Shown: positions 17,121 to 24,810 of the stretch, one piece after another | Layout of the letters: each line of letters starts with the position of its first letter | Position numbering within the stretch: the stretch's first letter is position 1 | Assembly: GCA_038065055.1 (NCBI GenBank) | Contig: JBBTRT010000007.1 | Location: 1-56,087, forward strand | Length of the DNA stretch: 56,087 nucleotides | From: Patescibacteria group bacterium | GTDB lineage: Bacteria; Patescibacteriota; Microgenomatia; UBA1400; CG1-02-47-37 | Direction: 5' to 3' | Program-made: the position numbers and the translations under genes | The notes under the pieces: model-generated | What the model was told of the DNA's origin: nothing | Database searches by the model: none | Seen by the model: the letters and a program-made list of their open reading frames with translations, nothing else

Positions 17121-17696
17121 GACATGAATCCAATTCACCGGTTTCAACATCTCCGGCAAATCGTTTTCCTCGGCGTCAACAAAATATTCCAAACTTTTCA
17201 CCGCGTGCCAAACCGGCACGTTATACTTGGCAAATTTTCTCTCATATAACTCCAATAAATAACTCAAATCATAGTCTTTACAGATAAAATATAAGTCAAT
17301 AAAATCTCTTTTTGTCCCCCGCCGGCTGATCGCGTCCAACTTCATGCAGGCAATATCTTTAATATCCGCCACCTTTACCCCCTCATAATCATGCAAAGGA
17401 AATAATAATGGGTAAGGGTAAATAAAAAAACTTAATTTAACCTCATTAAAACTGCCGTTAAAAGTTCCCTCGTCATTTTGAAACACCTCAAGTTTGCCTA
17501 AATCTTTTAATTTTGCCACAATAATTCTCGGTTCTACCGGTTTATCACTAAACCAATCCAAATCAAAAGATAACCGATGGCCCAAATGCAATGCCGCCGC
17601 TGTACCTCCGGCCAAAAAATAACGGCCGACAAAATCCAATTGGCTTAATATGGCCAAATTGCGCTGAGTTTGTTTTGAGATTCCCTGCGAAAACAC
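17064..17696 (-). CDS. AbiEii/AbiGii-family nucleotidyltransferase toxin (cassette A)
   Basis: FLAGGTAAALHLGHRLSFDLDWF motif. The C-terminal 17 aa are identical to the cassette B paralogue. Confidence 0.75.
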   Translation of the reverse strand: MFSQGISKQTQRNLAILSQLDFVGRYFLAGGTAAALHLGHRLSFDLDWFSDKPVEPRIIVAKLKDLGKLEVFQNDEGTFNGSFNEVKLSFFIYPYPLLFPLHDYEGVKVADIKDIACMKLDAISRRGTKRDFIDLYFICKDYDLSYLLELYERKFAKYNVPVWHAVKSLEYFVDAEENDLPEMLKPVNWIHVKHFFTGQAKLLAKQWGIG

Positions 17697-17953
17697 AAAA
17701 TCTCCTTTTTAGGAATATTATAAATTATCTGGAAAAAATTGGCGGTTTTACGGTTAATTTCCCTGCCGGTTTTAACTACATCAATAATTTTTTGCCGGCC
17801 AAACGTATCCTTAACCCACTTAACAGACTCAAGATCGCCCAAATTAAGCAATCTTTCAATCACATATTTATGATATTTGGCTGTATCCAACTTGACCGGG
17901 TTAATATCCCAAAAAAACTTGTGAAATTGCTTCGGCAGCTTATTTGACCGCAT
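17645..17953 (-). CDS. small partner protein of cassette A (putative antitoxin)
   Basis: 102-aa ORF overlapping the toxin start. It is a paralogue of 19797..20096 and shares the MRSNKLPK start. Confidence 0.55.
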   Translation of the reverse strand: MRSNKLPKQFHKFFWDINPVKLDTAKYHKYVIERLLNLGDLESVKWVKDTFGRQKIIDVVKTGREINRKTANFFQIIYNIPKKEILCFRRESQNKLSAIWPY

Positions 17954-17974
17954 ACCTATATTTTACCATTTTCT
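17930..17974. repeat. conserved 5' cassette end (L), copy A
   Basis: 45 nt with 1 mismatch against 20073..20117. Contains TAAAAT, then ATAGGT, then the ATG on the minus strand. Confidence 0.9.
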
Positions 17975-18576
17975 AACCTTTCCAGCCAAACCTTTTTCCG
18001 CCTGGCTATCTGATGTTGATTTAAACCCAATTCCTCCATCGTTGACAACTGCTTAATTGCCTTAATCAATTCTTTCCCTGCATTTTCCATTCCTGTTTTC
18101 TTTAACCATCTTGTCAATTTTTCCTTTTGGCACTCCCCCAAATCCACCAAACTAACAATATCAATCAAGTCTTTTCTGCCTTTTCCACTACCCCGCCGCC
18201 CAATCCAGGCAACTAGTTTTAACACTATCAATAACTCAATTGCCGGAATCTTAAATCCCTCTTTAATTATCTGATTATCCAAAATCAACTCTGCCGCAAG
18301 ACCTAAATCAGAATAATATGCCGAATAAACATCAATTTGAACTTCACCCTGGCGAAACTCGTATTTTTTTAACCGGTCATTTTTAACCAAAGCATATTTT
18401 TCTCTTATCCGGCTCAATTCTTCCGGCGCCACTACCAAATCAATATCTTTCGATTTTAACTGTTTGGTATATAACCACACCGCCCAGCCGCCGATCAAAC
18501 AAAATTTATATTCCCGCTTTAATTTCTGTAAAAGCTGCCAACTAGCTTCGGTAACGCTATCACGATAATAAGCCAT
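17956..18576 (-). CDS. nucleotidyltransferase-fold protein (putative toxin of a wHTH-NTase pair)
   Basis: CLIGGWAVWLY...SKDIDLVV NTase-like motif. It overlaps the upstream wHTH gene by 17 nt. Confidence 0.6.
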   Translation of the reverse strand: MAYYRDSVTEASWQLLQKLKREYKFCLIGGWAVWLYTKQLKSKDIDLVVAPEELSRIREKYALVKNDRLKKYEFRQGEVQIDVYSAYYSDLGLAAELILDNQIIKEGFKIPAIELLIVLKLVAWIGRRGSGKGRKDLIDIVSLVDLGECQKEKLTRWLKKTGMENAGKELIKAIKQLSTMEELGLNQHQIARRKKVWLERLENGKI

Positions 18577-19153
18577 CCATCTCCTCTTTTATTCTGTTGA
18601 TAAAATCTTTTGCCATCCAATCAGTTAAACTCCACAAATCTACCAAAGTATGGGCCAAAGTCGTCGTTTCTTTCCTTAGCGGAATTCTACCCGGCAATTG
18701 TAAAACTACTAATTCAGTCTCTTGGCCTTTTTGCCCCTCAAACCGTTTTTCCAATTCTTGCGGCTCCCGGTGATAAACATAAACCGTATTGTAATCCGCC
18801 GGCGCCTCAGAAAACCAATGCCGCACCGCGCTATAACAGGCTAAAATGCTTCCCGGTGGCAAAGCGCTTTCAATCTCCAACACCGACCCTGTTAATTTAT
18901 TTTTAAAAACTATGTCTTTCTCTAATTGCCGGTGATTAGCCCAATTCATTAAAATTTTCTCAAAATCCACTACTTCCCCTCCCCTGCCGCCGATTTTTAC
19001 CGCCCCCATCTGTCTTAAATTTTTTAAAGCGTGATTAACCGTACTTAAAGATAAATCCAGTTTTTTAGCCAAATCCTGCTGCTTAAAATTAATTTGCCGC
19101 TTTTCCAAAGTATCAAAAAGCAGCTGACACCATACAGTTTCGATTTTCTTCAT
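18560..19153 (-). CDS. winged-HTH regulator (putative antitoxin/autorepressor)
   Basis: QQDLAKKLDLSLSTVNHALKNLRQMGAV HTH. A palindromic operator lies in its promoter. Confidence 0.65.
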   Translation of the reverse strand: MKKIETVWCQLLFDTLEKRQINFKQQDLAKKLDLSLSTVNHALKNLRQMGAVKIGGRGGEVVDFEKILMNWANHRQLEKDIVFKNKLTGSVLEIESALPPGSILACYSAVRHWFSEAPADYNTVYVYHREPQELEKRFEGQKGQETELVVLQLPGRIPLRKETTTLAHTLVDLWSLTDWMAKDFINRIKEEMDGLLS

Positions 19154-19165
19154 ACAAATACCGCC

Positions 19166-19202
19166 TAGTTTCGATGATAATCGAAACTAAATCATTTGTC
19201 AA
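19166..19202 (-). promoter_or_regulatory. promoter (TTGACA, 17 nt, TATCAT) with a 10-bp perfect inverted-repeat operator centred on the -10
   Basis: TAGTTTCGAT-GATA-ATCGAAACTA at 19166-19189. The -35 is the reverse complement of 19197-19202. Confidence 0.5.
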
Positions 19203-19206
19203 GTTT

Positions 19207-19263
19207 TTACCCTATCCCCCACTGTTTCGCCAGCAGTTTCGCTTGGCCGGTGAAAAAATGCTT
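19207..19263. repeat. conserved 3' cassette end (R), copy B
   Basis: See copy A. Confidence 0.9.
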
Positions 19264-19839
19264 AATTTGCGGCCAATTATAATTCACCAACATCGGCCTC
19301 ATTTCTTCCGCTTCCGTATCTTCAAAATAATTTAATGCCTTAACGATAAATACTTCATGTTCTTCTAAACAATGATATTTTTGGTCATAAAAATCACTAA
19401 TTTCTTCTAAACTAAAATATTTAGTCAAGAAAAACAAATCCACAAAATCCCGCTTTGATCCCCGATCTTCAACCGCATGCAATTTCATTGCCGCAATATC
19501 TTTTAAGCTCGCGATTTTTAACCCTTCAAAATCATCAAATCTATCCAAAACCGTATATTCATAATAAAACAAACTGAAAGAAATCTTGCAAAAATCCCCC
19601 ATGACTGTTTTCCAAGCAATTTTTTTTGATTCAAATTGGCCGGTTTGCTTCAATTGCATGAAAACTACTTGTTCGTCAAATTTATCCTGAGTAAAAAAGT
19701 CCAAATCAAACGATTGTCTGTGTCCCAAACGCAATGCCAAAGCCGTCCCGCCGGCCAAATAGGCAAAATCCAGCCAGTGATTCTTACCGATTAATTTTAT
19801 ACCCCGTAAGGTATCTGGCGATAAGGTATTTGCAAACAT
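19207..19839 (-). CDS. AbiEii/AbiGii-family nucleotidyltransferase toxin (cassette B)
   Basis: YLAGGTALALRLGHRQSFDLDFF motif. Confidence 0.75.
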   Translation of the reverse strand: MFANTLSPDTLRGIKLIGKNHWLDFAYLAGGTALALRLGHRQSFDLDFFTQDKFDEQVVFMQLKQTGQFESKKIAWKTVMGDFCKISFSLFYYEYTVLDRFDDFEGLKIASLKDIAAMKLHAVEDRGSKRDFVDLFFLTKYFSLEEISDFYDQKYHCLEEHEVFIVKALNYFEDTEAEEMRPMLVNYNWPQIKHFFTGQAKLLAKQWGIG

Positions 19840-20096
19840 TTTACCTCACTCGATTTAAGATTTAATATTGAGGCCCAAAATAACGCTGTTTTACGGGAAA
19901 AATCCCGGTATTTCCTTAACACCTGCCTAAAATCATCCAAGGTATATTTTTGTTTTAACCAAAGAATATCTCGAGTTGCACCGTGCTCCAACACTCTTTT
20001 TAAAATAAAGTCAGCGTTTTTATCCACAGCTAACTGATCAATATCCACATCCCAAAAATACTTTTGCAACCGCTTCGGCAACTTATTTGACCGCAT
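19797..20096 (-). CDS. small partner protein of cassette B (putative antitoxin)
   Basis: 99-aa ORF, paralogue of 17645..17953. Confidence 0.55.
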   Translation of the reverse strand: MRSNKLPKRLQKYFWDVDIDQLAVDKNADFILKRVLEHGATRDILWLKQKYTLDDFRQVLRKYRDFSRKTALFWASILNLKSSEVKCLQIPYRQIPYGV

Positions 20097-20117
20097 ACCT
20101 ATATTTTACCATTTTCT
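20073..20117. repeat. conserved 5' cassette end (L), copy B
   Basis: See copy A. It also encodes the last approximately 10 codons of the tagA-like gene. Confidence 0.9.
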
Positions 20118-20784
20118 CCTTCAACACTAAATAGACATACTTAACCAGACTAAACTGTCTTTTTATCCGCCAGGGCTGGAGAATTAACCGCCACAGCCAC
20201 TCCAGGCCAAAGGTCTGCATCCATTTTGGGGCAATCAGCCACGGTTTGGCTACTTGGTCCAGCGCTCCCCCGACTCCCATCGCGATCTTCACTTTCAATT
20301 TCGGCAAGTTCTTGGCAATCCACTTCTCCTGTTTCCCGTGGCCCAAAGCCACAAACAACAGTTGCGGCTGGATTTTATTAATCAACTCTATGTCAGGATC
20401 AGTTATACCCAATACTCCCAGCTTAAATGCCGCGGCTTGCGCAATCCCCGGCTTACCGCCCACTAATAAAGTTTTGATATCTTTTGACCTAGTTTTATCT
20501 ATTAAACCTAGCATTACTTCTCGACCTGACACCCTTTGGCCTATTTCCGGGTTTCCCCACCTTAACCCCCACCCGTCCGGGATAGCCAAATCCGCGTTGT
20601 TTAACGCTTTTTTGAACTCCAAATCGTTCTGGGCCAGCACCATCATCTCCGGATTCGGGGTCACGACGTAAAATTTCCCCCTGGAAATTAAAAATTCCTC
20701 ACAAATACTTAGCACTGAACTTATCGAAGTGCTATCCACGCTTATACCCAGTATTTGCTTGATTTGACGGCCCTTTTTAAACAT
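20083..20784 (-). CDS. WecB/TagA/CpsF-family glycosyltransferase
   Basis: GLEWLWRLILQPWRIKRQ C-terminal signature plus PDGWG. Confidence 0.85.
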   Translation of the reverse strand: MFKKGRQIKQILGISVDSTSISSVLSICEEFLISRGKFYVVTPNPEMMVLAQNDLEFKKALNNADLAIPDGWGLRWGNPEIGQRVSGREVMLGLIDKTRSKDIKTLLVGGKPGIAQAAAFKLGVLGITDPDIELINKIQPQLLFVALGHGKQEKWIAKNLPKLKVKIAMGVGGALDQVAKPWLIAPKWMQTFGLEWLWRLILQPWRIKRQFSLVKYVYLVLKEKMVKYRYAVK

Positions 20785-20990
20785 CTTTCTCTGTTAAATA
20801 AATTGAATTTTTTTGGCTTAATTTTTTTGGGAAATTTTTTTTATTATTTTTTGTAGTCTCATTGTAATAAACTTAATTTTCATTCACAATTTTGATAATT
20901 TTTTTCTTAAATTTTCTCTCAAAATCATCTTTATCATTATTTTAGATATTATAAGTCTTTCTAAGCTCTAATAACTAAGCTCTAGTAACT

Positions 20991-21017
20991 AAATTGAACA
21001 ATTTATTTGTTCAATTT
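20991..21017. repeat. 11-bp inverted repeat (AAATTGAACAA, 5 nt, TTGTTCAATTT) in an AT-rich spacer
   Basis: Read directly. Possibly an operator, or a terminator for the aldehyde dehydrogenase gene. Confidence 0.4.
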
Positions 21018-21082
21018 GTATATCTTAAAATGTCAATCTTTATCAAAATATGCTTTTAAATACGCCGAATTATTATAAACCC

Positions 21083-22483
21083 TTAATAAGGGAACCAATA
21101 ATCACGGGTTTTACTCGAATTTAAGTTCGTATGCAGATGTTTTTTAATGGTAAATTCCCACAGCCCGTGCTTGCCGCCTTCCACGCCCACGCCGCTTTCT
21201 TTAACGCCCTGATACGGTACTTGCGGGTAAAAAATTCCCGTATCGTTTATGTACACCGTCCCCACTTGCAGCTCTTTTTGGGCTTGAGCGATCTTTTCTT
21301 TTGACTTGGTAAACACCACGGCCGTCAAACCGAACTTGGTATCATTAGCCAATTTAATCGCCTCATTAAAACTCATCACTGTACACACCGGCAATAACGG
21401 GCCAAAAACTTCTTCCTGCATAATCTCCATCTTTGAATGAACATGGATCATTAAGGTCGGCTCATGATAAAACCCGTTTTTAAGCTCCTCGGTCCTTACC
21501 CGCCTGCCGCCGGCAATAATCCGGCCGCTCTGAATTACTCCTTTTGTCACCTGTTTTTCAAATTTTTTCAGCTGATCTTCGCTCACCAGCGGCCCAATGT
21601 CTATTCCGATTCTTAATTTCTTGATCTCCTCTGTTAATTTCTTAGTTAATTTATTGGCAATGCTCGACTCCACAAACAACCGCTTGATCGCCAAACAGTC
21701 CTGGCCGCAATTAGAAAACCTACCATAAACAATCGCTTTCACCGCTAAATCCAAATCCGCCTCTTTGGTTACAATCCCGGCTGAACTTCCGCCCAGCTCT
21801 AAAACATATTTTATAAACCTAGCGCTGCAATTTTGAGCAATCTGCTTCCCCACCTCGGTACTGCCGGTAAAGCTCACCATATCTACCGGAGAATCCACCA
21901 GCATTTGGCCGACTGGTCCCCGGCCGTGCAAAACCTGTAACACATCTTTCGGCACCCCTGCCTGCCAAAACAGCTTCACCATTTCCTGACTGACAAGCGG
22001 CACTAATGATGCCGGTTTAAATAAAACGCTGTTGCCCGTTAAAATCGCCGGCCCAAGCGCCCAAATTGAAGTTAAAACCGGAAAATTCCAGGGTTTAATT
22101 ACCGCCACGACCCCCACCGGGTCATATCTTAAAATACTGGTTGCCTGTTTGTCTTTATGCAACACCTCATCCTGCAAATATTTTTCCGCTTCCTTGGCGT
22201 AAAAATTTAAATAATCAATTGTTAAAGCCATCTCGCCCTCGGCTTCAATTAACGGCTTTCCCATTTCTTCAGACATCAATTTGGCTAAACTTTTCGCCTG
22301 TTTTTTAAAATTCTGGCTTATTTTAGCCATAATTAGCGCCCGTTTTTTTAACGGTACGTCCCGCCATTTATTAAAACCCTGCCTCGCAGTTTTAACCGCA
22401 ATCTCTATCTCTGCTTTAGTCGCCGCTTTAACCGAACCTAAAATTTTGCCGTTAGCTGGATTAATCGAGTTTAATTTTGCCAC
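21083..22483 (-). CDS. NAD(P)+-dependent aldehyde dehydrogenase
   Basis: FTGSTEVGK, ELGG, catalytic Cys context (NCGQDC) and EEVFGP motifs. Confidence 0.9.
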   Translation of the reverse strand: MAKLNSINPANGKILGSVKAATKAEIEIAVKTARQGFNKWRDVPLKKRALIMAKISQNFKKQAKSLAKLMSEEMGKPLIEAEGEMALTIDYLNFYAKEAEKYLQDEVLHKDKQATSILRYDPVGVVAVIKPWNFPVLTSIWALGPAILTGNSVLFKPASLVPLVSQEMVKLFWQAGVPKDVLQVLHGRGPVGQMLVDSPVDMVSFTGSTEVGKQIAQNCSARFIKYVLELGGSSAGIVTKEADLDLAVKAIVYGRFSNCGQDCLAIKRLFVESSIANKLTKKLTEEIKKLRIGIDIGPLVSEDQLKKFEKQVTKGVIQSGRIIAGGRRVRTEELKNGFYHEPTLMIHVHSKMEIMQEEVFGPLLPVCTVMSFNEAIKLANDTKFGLTAVVFTKSKEKIAQAQKELQVGTVYINDTGIFYPQVPYQGVKESGVGVEGGKHGLWEFTIKKHLHTNLNSSKTRDYWFPY

Positions 22484-22495
22484 AATAGAGGTATT

Positions 22496-23614
22496 TTACT
22501 CCCAATTGGTTAAAATATCCAGTGTTTGCTTGGCCGCCTGCTCCCAACTGAACTTTTTTACCTGCCTAAAACCTTTTTCAATTAATCCTTGCCTCAGGCC
22601 CTCATTTTCTAATACTAATTTCATCGCCTGAGCGATTTCCTGCGTGTTTTCCGGATCAACTAATAAACCTGCCTCGCCCGCCACTTCCGGCAACGCTCCG
22701 CGATTGCTGGTTATTACCGGAATTCCGGCCGCCATTGCCTCCAAAACCGGCAAACCAAACCCTTCCATTAAAGACGGCCAAACAAATAAACGAGCATCGT
22801 GATAAATTGCCGCCAAGTCAGCCTCTGCTACCCGACCGATAAATTTAACTCTTTTTTCCACTCCAAACTTCTTCGGGGCTTCTAAAATCTCGTCATACAT
22901 CCACCCCAACTTCCCAGCTATTACAAGGTCCGTCCTTATTGGATAATTAATTACCTTTGCAAACGCTTCAATTAACCTCACCAAATTCTTCCGCGGCTGA
23001 ATTGTTCCCACAAACAAAATATATTCCTTCGGCAAAGAGTATTTGTATCTTATCTGCCTCATATATTCTCGTGACAAGGTCCGTCCTTGTCCTGGTCGAA
23101 CACCCTCATAAACCACACTAATCTTCCCCGGGTCCGCTCCTAATCTTTCCACCAGCTGTTTTTTTGTCCACTTAGACACCGCGATCAGCTTATCTGCCTG
23201 TTTCACCGCGTATTCCGTTGATTTGTTCAGCCACAATTTCTGGGGAAATTGATAATATTCCGGCAAAAACTCGTACTCCAAACCATGAATGGTCACCACG
23301 GTTTTAATTCCCGGTTTTCGCAGTACCGGCAAAGTGTGCGCCGGCACCCACAACACCTCTGGCGGCCGCTTCCATGTCTCGATAGCCAAACCGCCCTGCG
23401 TCCACAACCTCGGCCAGTTTATTGGTATTTCCTCGATAAAGGTCGGACCTTGTTTACTGACAAGGTCCGACCTTGTCATCTTTTTATAGAGCCGGAAAGT
23501 ATGTTTCCTCGACTCCGGCAACTCCAACATCGCCTTTATTAATTCATTTGAGTAATTTTCCGTTCCGGTTTTGTCTTTTACCTCTGATCTGGAGGCATCA
23601 ATGCCAATTAACAT
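22496..23614 (-). CDS. GT4-family (GT-B) glycosyltransferase
   Basis: MLIGIDAS start, and EGFGLPVLEAMAAGIPVI (E-x7-E region). The ATG at 23614 is 1 nt after the mreB stop codon. The longer ORF-track start overlaps mreB and was rejected. Confidence 0.85.
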   Translation of the reverse strand: MLIGIDASRSEVKDKTGTENYSNELIKAMLELPESRKHTFRLYKKMTRSDLVSKQGPTFIEEIPINWPRLWTQGGLAIETWKRPPEVLWVPAHTLPVLRKPGIKTVVTIHGLEYEFLPEYYQFPQKLWLNKSTEYAVKQADKLIAVSKWTKKQLVERLGADPGKISVVYEGVRPGQGRTLSREYMRQIRYKYSLPKEYILFVGTIQPRKNLVRLIEAFAKVINYPIRTDLVIAGKLGWMYDEILEAPKKFGVEKRVKFIGRVAEADLAAIYHDARLFVWPSLMEGFGLPVLEAMAAGIPVITSNRGALPEVAGEAGLLVDPENTQEIAQAMKLVLENEGLRQGLIEKGFRQVKKFSWEQAAKQTLDILTNWE

Positions 23615-23615
23615 T

Positions 23616-24629
23616 TTATCTTTTACTGATCGCCCGTTTATAAAGTTCCAAATTATCCAAAGCAATCCCTGTCCCCTTAGCCACGCATAATAGCGGCTCT
23701 TCGGCCACATGGCAGGCCACCCCGGTTTCCTGGGTTAATAATTTATCCAAATTCTTGAGCAAACTCGTTCCGCCGCTCATGACTATCCCTTTGTCAATAA
23801 TATCGCTGGCCAATTCCGGCGGCACTTCCTCAAGCACGCTCTTAACAATTCCCACAATCTGCATTAATTTTGGCTTCATTGACTGTTCTACCTCAGCAGC
23901 CGTAATCTCCACTACTTTTGGCAGTCCCTGGACATTATCCCGCCCCTTAACCCTCATTGTTAAAGCTTGTCCTGAAGTATTCACCAGGGCCGCCCCAATC
24001 GTTAATTTAATCTGTTCCGCCGTCTGCTCACCAATAATCAAACCGTAATTTTTGCGTAAAAAAGTGGCAATCGCGTCATCCAAAGCGTTCCCCGAGACCC
24101 GGATGCTCTTGGAAATCACTACTCCGCCAAGAGAAATCACCGCCGCCTCGGCCGAGCCGCCGCCCATATCCACAATCATGCTACCCGAAGCTTCTCCCAC
24201 CTGAATTCCCGCCCCCAGGGCCGCGGCGAACGGCTCGTGGATCACAAAAACTTCTCGAGCTCCGGCCGAACTGGTCGCCTCTTCTACCGCCCTTCTTTCC
24301 ACCTGAGTACATCCGGCAGGCACGCAAATCATCACTTCCGGCTTAATAAAAAAGCTCCGGCCGCAAACTTTCTGAATAAAATACCGCAGCATCGCTTCGG
24401 TCACTACATAGTCGGCGATCACGCCGTCGCGCATCGGCCGCGAAGCCGTGATCGTGTCCGGCGTCCGGCCCAGCATTTCTTTGGCCTCATTTCCTACCGC
24501 CACCACTTTGCCGTCATCCACCGTCACTGCCACTACCGTTGGTTCCTGCAGCACAATTCCGCGGCCCTGTACAAACACCACTGAATTGGCTGTCCCTAAA
24601 TCAATGCCGATTTTTTGTCCCCATGTCAT
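23616..24629 (-). CDS. mreB: rod-shape-determining protein MreB
   Basis: IGIDLGTANSVV, DMGGG and the actin-fold phosphate motifs. Confidence 0.93.
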   Translation of the reverse strand: MTWGQKIGIDLGTANSVVFVQGRGIVLQEPTVVAVTVDDGKVVAVGNEAKEMLGRTPDTITASRPMRDGVIADYVVTEAMLRYFIQKVCGRSFFIKPEVMICVPAGCTQVERRAVEEATSSAGAREVFVIHEPFAAALGAGIQVGEASGSMIVDMGGGSAEAAVISLGGVVISKSIRVSGNALDDAIATFLRKNYGLIIGEQTAEQIKLTIGAALVNTSGQALTMRVKGRDNVQGLPKVVEITAAEVEQSMKPKLMQIVGIVKSVLEEVPPELASDIIDKGIVMSGGTSLLKNLDKLLTQETGVACHVAEEPLLCVAKGTGIALDNLELYKRAISKR

Positions 24630-24723
24630 AGTTAACCCAATTTAACATCTTTTAATCTATTTCTCAATTAAATTTTATTAATATATCAATCTATAACTTA
24701 ATCTATCAAGTATTTATAGGCCG

Positions 24724-24752
24724 TTGACAAGCATATTATATATAGTCATACT
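24724..24752 (+). promoter_or_regulatory. candidate promoter (TTGACA, 17 nt, CATACT)
   Basis: Read directly. The -10 is weak. Confidence 0.35.
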
Positions 24753-24810
24753 GAAGCGTGAAAACAAAAATTAAATTAAGACAAACTTGGACATAACAGA
24801 GTAAAATAAA

